From Rickettsiales bacterium (GTDB lineage: Bacteria; Pseudomonadota; Alphaproteobacteria; UBA8366): a stretch of 64,000 bases of DNA. The translations under genes were made by a program, and so were the position numbers. The first letter of the stretch is position 1. Each line of letters begins with the position of its first letter. This document shows, piece after piece, positions 35,629 to 44,510 of this stretch. Below the pieces are notes generated by a model. The model was not told the DNA's origin and did no database searches. It was given only the letters and a program-made list of their open reading frames with translations. The stretch is taken from NCBI GenBank assembly GCA_038131165.1, contig JAYPOZ010000011.1, positions 4,121 to 68,120 on the forward strand. Reading direction: 5' to 3'.

Positions 35629-37707
35629 GTGAGCGAAAATAAACAGTATCGCCTCGGCGTCGATGTCGGCGGCACCTTTACCGATTTCGTCCTGTTGGAC
35701 GAAGGCTCCAGCGAAATCCATATCGCGAAATCCCTGACCACGCCGACCGACCCGTCGGTCGGCATCCTGACCGGGGTGAAAGCCTTCGACGCGGCCTGCG
35801 CCGGGCATGTGGACGCGACGCGCCGGATCGCCCATGCGACGACCCTGGTCGCGAATTCGGTGATCGAGCGCAAGGGCGCGGTGACGGCGCTGCTCGCGAC
35901 CAAGGGGTTCCGGGATATCCTGGAATTGCGCCGCCACGTCCGCGTGACGACCTACGAATTGTTCGCCGATCCGCCCGAGCCGCTGGTGCCGCGTTGGCTG
36001 CGGCTGCCGGTCGACGAGCGGGTCTTCTCGGACGGGGCCGTATTGAAGCCGGTCAACCGCGCGGATATCGAGCGCGCGGTCGAGGTGATGCGGGCCGAGG
36101 GCGTGACCTCCGTCGCGGTCGCCTACCTGCATTCCTACGTCAATCCGGCGAACGAGCGGGCGACGGCCGAAATCCTGCGTGAACTGGCCCCCGAGATCGC
36201 GGTCACGCTGTCCTCGGACGTGTTGCCGCAGATCAAGGAGTTCGAGCGCACCAGCACCACCGTGGTCAACGGCTACGTCAAACCGCTGGCGCAGCATTAT
36301 CTCGCCAATCTGGACGCCGGCCTGCAGAGCAACGGCTACAAGGCGCCCCTGCATATCATGCTCTCCAACGGCGGCCTCGGCTCGACCAAGACGGCGGGCG
36401 ATTTCCCGATCCGGCTGATCGAGTCCGGCCCGGTGGCGGGCGCCATCGTCGGCCGCCAGCTGGCGGAGTTGATGAACATCCAGGACGTGCTCTCCTTCGA
36501 CATGGGGGGCACCACGGCGAAGGCCTGCCTGATCCGCGACCAGGCGCTGCCGATCACCGACGAGCTGGAGGTCGCGCGCTCCAAGCGGTTCACCAAGTCG
36601 AGCGGCTTTCCCGTCGGCGTGCCGGCGGTCAACATGATCGAGATCGGCGCCGGCGGTGGCAGCATCGCGGCCGTCAACCAGATGGGCATCGTGCAGGTGG
36701 GTCCCGAGAGCGCCAGCGCCGATCCGGGGCCGATCTGCTACCGCCAGGGCGGCGAGCGGCCGACGGTAACGGATGCGGACCTGACGTTGGGTTATCTGAA
36801 CCCCGGCAATTTCGCCGGCGGCACGATGTCGCTCGACGATGCGGGAGCCGCCGCCGGCCTCGACCGCGATATCGGCGGGCCGCAGGGCCGCACCACCCTG
36901 CAGGCGGCCTGGACGGTGCACGACGTGATCAACGAGACCATGGCCGCCGCCGTCCGCATGCATGTGACGGAGCGCGGCGGCAATCCCGAATCCGCGACCA
37001 TGGTGGCGTTCGGCGGCGCGGGGCCGGTGCATGCCTATAACCTCGCGCGCAAGCTCCATATCCAAAAGCTGATCGTGCCGCTGCGCGCGGGCGTTTTGTC
37101 CGCACTGGGCTTGCTGGTGGCGCCGCCCGCCTACGACATGGTGCGCACCTACAAGGCGCCGATCCGCACCCTCGACGCTGCAGACATCACCGCGCAGATG
37201 GACACCATGGCGTCGGAGATCGACACGTTGCTCGACGGCATCGAGGCGTCCGGCGAGCGGCGCTTCCGGCGCGCCATGGATGTCGGCTATATCGGCCAGA
37301 GCTATCAGGTGACGGTGCCGGTCGACGGCGCCCCCGACGGCGACAGCGTGTTCGAGACCTTCGCCCGGCTCTACCGCGACAAGTACGGCTATTTCTACGA
37401 GGACGTGCCGGCGGAGATCGTCAATCTGCGGGTGCTGGGCGAGATCGCCGGCGCCGGATTGCAGCTGACCACCGTGCCCAAGGGCGACGGCGCCGCCACG
37501 CCGACGGGCGAGCGCCCGGCCTATTCGCCGTCGCGGGGCGAGATGATCCCCTTCGCCGTCTACGACCGGGAGACGCTGCGCCCCGGCATGAAGTTCGACG
37601 GGCCGGCAATTGTCGAGGAAGTGACCTCGACCACCATCGTCGACGGCGACGGCTCGGTCGAGATCGACGATTACGGCTCGCTGGTCGTGACTTTGGAAGG
37701 CGTGTGA
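35629..37707 (+). CDS. hyuA: hydantoinase A/oxoprolinase-family ATPase subunit (second copy)
   Basis: 692-aa ORF with a GTG start behind GGAGGGAA. Motifs LGVDVGGTFTD, SFDMGGTTAK and FGGAGPVHA. Confidence 0.9.
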   Translation: MSENKQYRLGVDVGGTFTDFVLLDEGSSEIHIAKSLTTPTDPSVGILTGVKAFDAACAGHVDATRRIAHATTLVANSVIERKGAVTALLATKGFRDILELRRHVRVTTYELFADPPEPLVPRWLRLPVDERVFSDGAVLKPVNRADIERAVEVMRAEGVTSVAVAYLHSYVNPANERATAEILRELAPEIAVTLSSDVLPQIKEFERTSTTVVNGYVKPLAQHYLANLDAGLQSNGYKAPLHIMLSNGGLGSTKTAGDFPIRLIESGPVAGAIVGRQLAELMNIQDVLSFDMGGTTAKACLIRDQALPITDELEVARSKRFTKSSGFPVGVPAVNMIEIGAGGGSIAAVNQMGIVQVGPESASADPGPICYRQGGERPTVTDADLTLGYLNPGNFAGGTMSLDDAGAAAGLDRDIGGPQGRTTLQAAWTVHDVINETMAAAVRMHVTERGGNPESATMVAFGGAGPVHAYNLARKLHIQKLIVPLRAGVLSALGLLVAPPAYDMVRTYKAPIRTLDAADITAQMDTMASEIDTLLDGIEASGERRFRRAMDVGYIGQSYQVTVPVDGAPDGDSVFETFARLYRDKYGYFYEDVPAEIVNLRVLGEIAGAGLQLTTVPKGDGAATPTGERPAYSPSRGEMIPFAVYDRETLRPGMKFDGPAIVEEVTSTTIVDGDGSVEIDDYGSLVVTLEGV

Positions 37708-37730
37708 GCGTGCCGACGTGCGGCGCAAAG

Positions 37731-37846
37731 CCCTCACCCTCCCACGATGCGGGCCCCTCCCTCTCCCGCGGGCGGGAGAGGGTAGAGACCGGCGACACCC
37801 AACGCGCCCCCTCTCCCGCCGGCGGGAGAGGGACCGGGGTGAGGGT
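37731..37846. repeat. REP-like composite palindrome (two GC hairpins inside an outer inverted repeat)
   Basis: CCCTCTCCCGCGGGCGGGAGAGGG (37759-37782) and CCCCCTCTCCCGCCGGCGGGAGAGGG (37807-37832). They are flanked by CCCTCACCC (37731) and GGGGTGAGGG (37837). Confidence 0.75.
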
Positions 37847-37881
37847 TGGGGCCGAGTTTGAGCTTGGAGGAGACTGACAAC

Positions 37882-39547
37882 ATGCCTTTACGCAATACCG
37901 AACTGCCGCTCGACGTGGTCTGGCCGCGCCTGATCGCGATCGCCGACGAGATGGCGACGACGATGTTCCGCACCGCCTTCAGCCACGACGTGGTCGAGGT
38001 GCACGACATGTCGACGGGCCTGCTCGACGACCGCGGCCATCTGATGGCGCAGACCTGGCTCGGCGCCACCGGCCATACCGGCTGCATGCCCGCCTTCGGC
38101 GCCAATCTCGTCGAGGCCTTCCCGCCGGAGACGGTGGTGCCGGGCGACGTTTTCATCTGCAACGATCCCTGGCTCTGCAACGGCCAGACGGCGGACGTCT
38201 TCATCACCACGCCGGCGTTTCACAAGGGCCGCCTGATCGGTTTTGCCGTCAATACGATCCACCATGTGGACATCGGCGGGCGCAAGGGCTCGGGCCTTTC
38301 CGAGGAGGTTTTCGAGGAGGGCCTGATCATCCCGATGCTGCGCCTCTACAAGGGCGGCGAGCCGAACGAGGAGCTGTTCGGCCTGATCCGCCGCAACGTG
38401 CGCTATTCGGAGAAGATGATCGGCGACCTCCGCGCCCAGGTGGCGACCGGCTGGGCCGGCTGCCGCGAGCTGGAGCGGCTCTGCGCCGAGTTCGGATTCG
38501 GCGATCTGCGGGAAGTCTCCGACGAGATCACGGGCCGCACGGAAGCGCATCCGCGCCGGTCTCAGCGAATTGCCGGACGGCGAATGGCGCGAAGAGATGA
38601 TGATGGACATCGACGGCATCGACGAGCCGCAACCCCTCGTCGTCAGCGTCAAGATCGAGGGCGATCAGATCTACGTCGATTTTACCGGCACCGCGCCGCA
38701 GGTGCGCCGCCCGGTCAATTGCCCGATCAATTTCTCGCGCGCCTATGTGGCGGTGCCGGTCAAGATGATCTGCGATCCCACATTGCCGAACAATCAGGGC
38801 ACCTACCGGCCGATCACGCTCACGGCGCCCGAAGGCAGCCTGCTCAATCCCACATATCCGGCGGCGTGTTTCTGGCGCCTCAGCGCCGGGATGCTGGTGG
38901 CGGAGCTGATGTTCAAGATTTTCGCGCGGATCGTGCCCGACCGGGTGCCGGCGGAATCGGGCTCGCTGCCGACCTGGCAGTTCTACGTCACCGGCAACAA
39001 GCCGGACGGCGAGGCCTATGCCCTGCACCAGCATTCCTTCGGCGGCATGGGCGGGCGGCCCGGCCGCGACGGGCTTTCCGCCGTCAGCTTCCCCTACAAC
39101 GTGCGCGACGTCTCCATCGAATGGTCGGAGCACGAGACGCCGATACTCTACCATGCCCGCGAGCTGATTGCGGATTCGGGCGGGCCGGGGACCTCGCGCG
39201 GCGGCCTGGGCCAGGAATTGATTTTCGAGGCCTACGCGCCCGGCACCGCGCCGAAGCAGCCGCTGGTCTTCTCCGGCGCCGCCGGGCGCATGCGCTTCCC
39301 GCCCCAGGGGCTTGGCGGCGGCAAGCCGGGCGCGCTCGCGCGGATCGCCGTCGACGACAAACCGATCGCCCCCTCCAGCTCGCCCGAATTCCCCTTCAAG
39401 ATCGGCGAGGTCGTGCACCTGCAATTGCCCGGCGGCGGCGGCCACGGCGACCCGGCCGGACGCGCCGCAGACGACATCGCCCGCGACGTGAAGGCGGGCT
39501 ATATCTCGGCCGAAGGCGCGAAGCGGGATTACGGGTACGAGGGGTAG
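37882..39547 (+). pseudogene. hyuB: hydantoinase B/oxoprolinase-family subunit (second copy), frameshifted near 38530-38550
   Basis: The frame of ORF 37846..39651 is HyuB-like from ATG 37882 (GGAGGAGA RBS) to ...EVSDEITGRTEA, then turns Arg-rich. HyuB similarity resumes in the next frame as RKRIRAGLSELPDGEWREEMMMDIDG (ORF 38570..39547) and runs to GGGGHGDPAGR. Confidence 0.8.
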
Positions 39548-39556
39548 GGGCACGGC

Positions 39557-39636
39557 GTCCTTCGACAGGCTCAGGACGACGCGGTTTATCCGCCAACCAC
39601 CCCACACACGGCGTCGCCCTGAGCCTGTCGAAGGGC
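39557..39636. repeat. palindromic intergenic element, family A, copy 1
   Basis: Arms GTCCTTCGACAGGCTCAGGACGAC and GTCGCCCTGAGCCTGTCGAAGGGC are inverted around a loop of about 31 nt. The element starts 10 nt after the hyuB stop. Confidence 0.8.
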
Positions 39637-39706
39637 GCAGGACGGCTCTGACTCGCAGGGATCGCAACTCGGTATACCGTCCCCCGTGTGACTGGCGCGT
39701 TTCGTT

Positions 39707-39879
39707 CCCCGGCCGAAGAGCCGGGGCCCAGTTCAGCCGCGAGGGTAAGTGATCGAACTGGGTCCCGGATATCGCTGAAGCGATTCCGGGAAACGGTACC
39801 TAAATCGGTGACAGGAAACTAAATTCACAAGACTGGTTAATTGCGTATCCTGTCACCGGAATTCTATATCGAATTCCGG
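39707..39879. repeat. array of five consecutive perfect-stem hairpins in a non-coding gap
   Basis: Stems are CCCCGGC/GCCGGGG (39707/39720), CCCAGTTC/GAACTGGG (39727/39755) and TCCCGGA/TCCGGGA (39763/39785). Two more are GGTGACAGGA/TCCTGTCACC (39807/39848) and CCGGAATTC/GAATTCCGG (39856/39871). Confidence 0.6.
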
Positions 39880-39891
39880 CCCGCGTCCGGC

Positions 39892-39990
39892 GTCATCCTT
39901 CGACAGGCTCAGGATGACTAGAGGGGAGCGTAATATATTCTACTCCCGCCGTCACCCTGAGCCTGTCGAAGGGTGAGCCTGTCGAAGGGG
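39892..39990. repeat. palindromic intergenic element, family A, copy 2 (right arm partly duplicated)
   Basis: GTCATCCTTCGACAGGCTCAGGATGAC ... GTCACCCTGAGCCTGTCGAAGGGTGAG, followed by an extra CCTGTCGAAGGGG. Confidence 0.8.
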
Positions 39991-40034
39991 GACGATCGAG
40001 CATTAAACCGTTCTCCCGCTCCCGCCAGCAAATA

Positions 40035-40063
40035 TCGACATTTTGGTAAATTTGTGCTATGCT
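40035..40063 (+). promoter_or_regulatory. possible sigma70-type promoter (TCGACA-17 nt-TATGCT)
   Basis: An AT-rich patch about 210 nt upstream of the gene starting at 40275. Pattern match only. Confidence 0.25.
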
Positions 40064-40274
40064 GATCGGATGACTCGGCTTTGGAACAGACCGCCCGCTT
40101 CGCAAAGACGGTACGCTATCACCGCAAAGTTCGGGGCGCGTGGGGTGATTCTTCGGTTTTTGCTAATGTCTCCGACAGCGTGGCGCTGTCGCCGCGCGAG
40201 GGGCGAGGCGGGGCTACGCTCGCGGTGGTTGGGCCATATATCACTCGCTACCGCTGCCCCGGAAGGATAGGAAG

Positions 40275-41030
40275 ATGGTCGACTACCTCGGATACCGCGC
40301 GAAAATGGGGGTGACGACGCCGTCCACCAACACGGTCGTGCAACCCGAATACGACGACATGCGTCCGCCCGGCGTCACCAACCATCTCGGCCGTATGCAT
40401 ATCGAGAACATTCCGACCACGGACGACAACAGTTTCGACCGCAGCATCTCGCTGATCGACGCCGGGCTCGACGGCGCGGTCGAGCGGGTGATGACCTGCG
40501 ATCCGGACTATCTGGTGCTCGGCATCTCGGCGCTGTCCGTCTGGGGCGGGACCTTGGCGTCGGTCGAGGATTTGCGCCGTCGCATGAAGGATCGCGCCGG
40601 GCGCGACATCGGCGTCACCACGGCGGTCGACGGCGTGCGCGAAGCGCTGAAGCTGCACGGCATCAAGAAGAAAATTTCCATCGTCGAGCCGTACTACAAG
40701 ACCATCGAGCCCAAGATGGAGGGCATCTTCGGCGAGCTCGGCTACGAGATCGTCAAATACAACCACCTGCAGGGCAAAAGCCCCAACACCTATTGCCACC
40801 TAACCGACGCGGAGATCGTCAACGCGTTCCGCGAGATCGACGACCCCTCGGTCGAATGCCTGGTGCAGTTCGGCGCCAACCTGCCGGGGGCGCGCATCGC
40901 CGACGAGGCGGAACGCTGGCTCGGCAAGCCGGTCATCAGCATCAACGTCGTGACCTATTGGCACGCGCTCCGGTCCTTCGGCATCAAGGACCAGTTCCGC
41001 GGCTTCACCTCATTGTTCTCGAAATTCTAA
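40275..41030 (+). CDS. Asp/Glu/hydantoin racemase superfamily protein (maleate isomerase / arylmalonate decarboxylase-like)
   Basis: 251-aa ORF with a GGAAGGATAGGAAG RBS. The N-terminal MGVTTPSTNTVVQPEY matches the family substrate-binding motif (PSSNTT). Size is typical. Confidence 0.6.
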   Translation: MVDYLGYRAKMGVTTPSTNTVVQPEYDDMRPPGVTNHLGRMHIENIPTTDDNSFDRSISLIDAGLDGAVERVMTCDPDYLVLGISALSVWGGTLASVEDLRRRMKDRAGRDIGVTTAVDGVREALKLHGIKKKISIVEPYYKTIEPKMEGIFGELGYEIVKYNHLQGKSPNTYCHLTDAEIVNAFREIDDPSVECLVQFGANLPGARIADEAERWLGKPVISINVVTYWHALRSFGIKDQFRGFTSLFSKF

Positions 41031-41044
41031 GGAGCGATAATAAA

Positions 41045-41605
41045 ATGTCTGCGTACTCGATGGATCAATTCATCGCCGATGTGAAAGCTGTACAGGCCCA
41101 GCACTCCGAGCCCAAGGAAATCCTGCAAAAGGTCGCGCCGCTCGCGAAAAAAATCGCCGACGCGAAGGATTGGGTCAACGACAGCCATTACCGGGTCGAG
41201 GAATCCCAGGGCATCGGCATTACGATCATCCACGAGGAGCCGGAGGACCTGCTGGTCGAGACGGTGTGCTGGTCGCCCGGCGGCGGCGTGCTGCCGCACG
41301 ACCACAAGACCTGGGGCTGCGTCGTCGGCATCGACGGAGCGGAGAAGAACGTCACCTGGCTGCGCCGGGACGACGGCTCGAAGGAAGGCTATGCCGATCT
41401 CGAGAATTACCACGAGATGGTGATGAAGCACGGCGATGTCTGCACCCTGCTGCCGGACGACATCCACAGCGTCCACAACGAGGGCACGGTGCCGTCGGTC
41501 TCGCTGCACATCTACGGCAAGAGCCTCGCGATCACCAACCGCAACGAGTACGACCCGGAGGCCAAGGTCGTGCGGCCGTGCCCCAAGCGGAAGCGGAACG
41601 ATTGA
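41045..41605 (+). CDS. cupin-fold protein, cysteine-dioxygenase-type-I-like (COG5553-like)
   Basis: The last 186 codons of ORF 40793..41605, from ATG 41045 behind AAGGAG. Metal-site-like motifs LPHDHKTWG and HSVHNEG. Confidence 0.55.
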   Translation: MSAYSMDQFIADVKAVQAQHSEPKEILQKVAPLAKKIADAKDWVNDSHYRVEESQGIGITIIHEEPEDLLVETVCWSPGGGVLPHDHKTWGCVVGIDGAEKNVTWLRRDDGSKEGYADLENYHEMVMKHGDVCTLLPDDIHSVHNEGTVPSVSLHIYGKSLAITNRNEYDPEAKVVRPCPKRKRND

Positions 41606-41619
41606 AGGCCGCGCCGCGC

Positions 41620-41702
41620 GTCACCCTTCGACAGGCTCAGGATTACGCACTTGGTATATTGGAAAACCCGATTTCGTCATCCTGAGCCTGTCGAAGGGTG
41701 AC
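41620..41702. repeat. palindromic intergenic element, family A, copy 3
   Basis: GTCACCCTTCGACAGGCTCAGGAT ... GTCATCCTGAGCCTGTCGAAGGGTGAC. Lies between the cupin gene and mmsB. Confidence 0.8.
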
Positions 41703-41734
41703 GTCGCGCAGAACAGCGAAGAGAGAGCAGTAAA

Positions 41735-42625
41735 ATGGCAAAAGTCGGATTTATCGGTGTCGGCAACATGGGCGGGCCGATGGCGCGGAACCTGATCACG
41801 GCGGGACACAGCCTGAAAGTGTTCGACCTGTCGGAGGAGGCGGTGAATTTCCTCGTGCAGTCGGGGGCGGAGCGCGCGGCCTCGGTACAGGACGCGGCGA
41901 AGGGCGTCGACTACGTGGTCACCATGCTGCCGGTCGGCGCCAACGTGCGCGAGGTGTTCCTCGGTGACGGCGTCATTGGGGCGGCGGACCCGGGCACGGT
42001 CTTTATCGACAGCTCGACCATCGACGTCGAAAGCGCGGTCGCCGTGCACGAGGCGGCGTCGGAAGCAGGCTTCCAGATGATCGACGCGCCGGTCTCCGGC
42101 GGCACCACCGGGGCGGATGCGGCGACACTCACCTTCATGTGCGGCGGCGAGAAGGCGGTCTTCGACAAGGCGCGCCCGATCCTCGAGGGCATGGGCAAGA
42201 ACATCGTCTATTGCGGCGGGCCGGGTCAGGGACAGGTCGTGAAGATCTGCAACAACATGATCGCGGGCTCCATCATGTTGGTGACCGCGGAGGCCTTCAC
42301 GCTCGGCGAGAAGCTCGGCGTCGACCGGTCGGTCCTGCAGGACGTGATCTCGACCTCGAGCGGCAGTTCCTGGGTCGTGCAGCACGGCTGTCCGATGCCG
42401 GGCGCGGTGCCGGGCTCGGCAGCCAGCAACGGCTTCAAGCCGGGGTTCATGGCCAAGCTGATGCTGAAGGATTTGCGGCTCTCGCAGGCGGCCTCGCAGA
42501 TGGCGGCCTCGCCGACACCGATCGGCGCCGCGGCGACGGCGGCCTTCCAGCAGCACGTCAACAACGGGCACGGCGATCTCGATATGAGCAGCATCTGCAA
42601 GCTGATAGACCCGAAGGTCAAATAG
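41735..42625 (+). CDS. mmsB: 3-hydroxyisobutyrate dehydrogenase
   Basis: 296-aa ORF. Motifs KVGFIGVGNMGGPMARNL, DAPVSGG, GQGQVVKICNNM and SSGSSW. Confidence 0.85.
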   Translation: MAKVGFIGVGNMGGPMARNLITAGHSLKVFDLSEEAVNFLVQSGAERAASVQDAAKGVDYVVTMLPVGANVREVFLGDGVIGAADPGTVFIDSSTIDVESAVAVHEAASEAGFQMIDAPVSGGTTGADAATLTFMCGGEKAVFDKARPILEGMGKNIVYCGGPGQGQVVKICNNMIAGSIMLVTAEAFTLGEKLGVDRSVLQDVISTSSGSSWVVQHGCPMPGAVPGSAASNGFKPGFMAKLMLKDLRLSQAASQMAASPTPIGAAATAAFQQHVNNGHGDLDMSSICKLIDPKVK

Positions 42626-42697
42626 GCCATATCATTGGGTAACGCTATTGGAGGTCCCGGGGGCTCGGGACCGGCGGTTTTGGGAAGGAAACGGGAA

Positions 42698-44404
42698 ATG
42701 GGCTACGATCTGGTTATCAAGAACGGCATGGTGGTGGACGGTTCCGGCGGTGCCCGCTATCGGGGCGATGTCGGCGTGAAGGACGGCAAGATCGCGCGGA
42801 TCGGCAAGCTCGACGGCGAAATCGCCGAAGAGACGCTCGACGCCGAAGGCCACGTGGTGACTCCGGGCTTCGTCGACGGCCACACCCATATGGACGCGCA
42901 GGTGTTCTGGGACAAGCTCGGCAGCTGCTCCTGCTATCATGGCGTCACGACCACGGTGATGGGCAATTGCGGCTTTACCCTGGCGCCCTGCAAGGAAAGC
43001 GAGGCCGACTTCGTCTTCCGCAATCTGGAGCGCGCCGAGGACATCTCCCGCAGCGCCATGCTCGAAGGCATCAACTGGGATTGGGAGACCTATCCCGAGT
43101 ACATGGCCGCCGTCGATAAAATGCCGAAGGGCATCAATTACGCCGGCTATATCGGCCATTCGGCGTTGCGCACCTATGTCATGGGCGAACGCGCGTTCGA
43201 GGAAGAGGCCAACGACGACGACATGGAGAAGATGAAGGCGGCGGTGAAGGAAGCCGTGCAGGCGGGTGCCCTCGGTTTCTCGACCTCGCGCAGCCCGAGC
43301 CATCTGACCTCCGACGACCGTTTCGTCGCCAGCCGCATCGGCTCCGACGAAGAGGTCCGCGACATCGTCATGGCGATGGGCGAGACCGGCGCCGGCATCT
43401 TCCAGCTCGCGATGGAGCGCGGCGAGATGCAGAAGATGATGGGCGTCTACCGCAGCCTCGCCGACCTCTCGAAGAAAAGCGGCCGGCCGATCACCTTCGG
43501 CAGCCTGAGCCGGAAGAAGTATCCGGGGCAGTGGAAGGCGCTGTACGACATCATCGAGGAGGAGAACCAGCAGGGCGCGCGCATCTGGACCCAGGTCCAC
43601 AGCCGCGAGATCAACTCGATCCTCTCCTTCGAGACCCACACGCCGTTCGACAACTGGGCGGTCTGGAAGGACTTCCGCAAACTGCCGCTCGACGAGCAAC
43701 TGGCGAAACTCAAGAACGACGCGGCGCTGAAGCAGAAACTGATCGACGTCGCCGACCGTCCCTATGACGGGCCGGAGATCGTTGGCGCCGAGGCGCGTCC
43801 GCCCGAGTGGGACATGTTCTATCACATGGACAAGATTCGCCTGCCGCATCCGAGCATCGCGGATATCGCGAAGGAGCGCGGCATCACGCCGGCGGCGGCG
43901 ATGATCGAAGTGGCGATCGAGGAGGACCTCAAGGCCTTCTTCCGCCAGCCGCTGGCGAACGAGAATCAGGACGATGCGCTGGCGCTGATGAAGCATCCGC
44001 GGGCCAACGTCACCTTCTCGGATTCGGGCGCCCATGTCTCGCAGATCATGGACAGTTCGCTGCAGACGCATTTGCTGAGCCATTGGGTGCGCGAGCGCCA
44101 AGCCTTCACGCTGGAAGAGGCGGTGCGCAAGATCACTTACGACACCGCGACCAACTGGGGCTTCCACGATCGCGGCCTGTTGCGCGAAGGCATGACGGCC
44201 GACATCACGGTCTTCAATCCCGACACGGTGGTGCCGCGCATGCCGGAAGTCGTCTACGACCTGCCGTCGGGCGCGCAGCGCCTCAAGCAGTATGCGGACG
44301 GCATGCTGGCGACGATCGTGGCCGGCCAGATGGTGCTGAAGGAGAACGAGCATACCGGCGCGCTGCCGGGCCAATTGCTGCGCGGCCCGCTGGCACGGCA
44401 ATAG
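42698..44404 (+). CDS. N-acyl-D-amino-acid deacylase (D-aminoacylase) family amidohydrolase
   Basis: ORF 42635..44404 trimmed to ATG 42698. Motifs YDLVIKNGMVVDGSG, VTPGFVDGHTHMD, MGNCG and FSDSGAH. Confidence 0.8.
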   Translation: MGYDLVIKNGMVVDGSGGARYRGDVGVKDGKIARIGKLDGEIAEETLDAEGHVVTPGFVDGHTHMDAQVFWDKLGSCSCYHGVTTTVMGNCGFTLAPCKESEADFVFRNLERAEDISRSAMLEGINWDWETYPEYMAAVDKMPKGINYAGYIGHSALRTYVMGERAFEEEANDDDMEKMKAAVKEAVQAGALGFSTSRSPSHLTSDDRFVASRIGSDEEVRDIVMAMGETGAGIFQLAMERGEMQKMMGVYRSLADLSKKSGRPITFGSLSRKKYPGQWKALYDIIEEENQQGARIWTQVHSREINSILSFETHTPFDNWAVWKDFRKLPLDEQLAKLKNDAALKQKLIDVADRPYDGPEIVGAEARPPEWDMFYHMDKIRLPHPSIADIAKERGITPAAAMIEVAIEEDLKAFFRQPLANENQDDALALMKHPRANVTFSDSGAHVSQIMDSSLQTHLLSHWVRERQAFTLEEAVRKITYDTATNWGFHDRGLLREGMTADITVFNPDTVVPRMPEVVYDLPSGAQRLKQYADGMLATIVAGQMVLKENEHTGALPGQLLRGPLARQ

Positions 44405-44418
44405 ACACAGCCGTCCTT

Positions 44419-44480
44419 CTCGCGCAGGCGGGAATCCAGTCGGCTCGATTTAATTTCCTGGATCCCCGCCTGCGCGGGGA
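44419..44480. repeat. palindromic intergenic element, family C
   Basis: CGCGCAGGCGGGAATCCAG and CTGGATCCCCGCCTGCGCG form a 19-bp stem with 1 mismatch and an 18-nt loop. Starts directly after the deacylase stop. Confidence 0.7.
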
Positions 44481-44510
44481 TGGCAGGTTTGCTAGAGGTA
44501 GGAGAAACCC

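Noticed and set aside
38520-38575. Programmed ribosomal frameshift in hyuB copy 2
   Set aside because: I see no slippery heptamer and no adjacent stimulatory structure at the shift point. The intact paralog needs no frameshift.
39893-40314. Small ORFs 39893..40105 (-), 40043..40270 (+) and 40081..40314 (+) in the long gap
   Set aside because: Their translations are read-throughs of the palindromic repeat arms (FDRLRVT, PEPVEG). They have no RBS and are compositionally odd.
39557-41702. Repeated arms as a CRISPR array
   Set aside because: The repeats are inverted pairs, not direct repeats. Spacing is irregular, they are separated by genes, and no cas genes are present.
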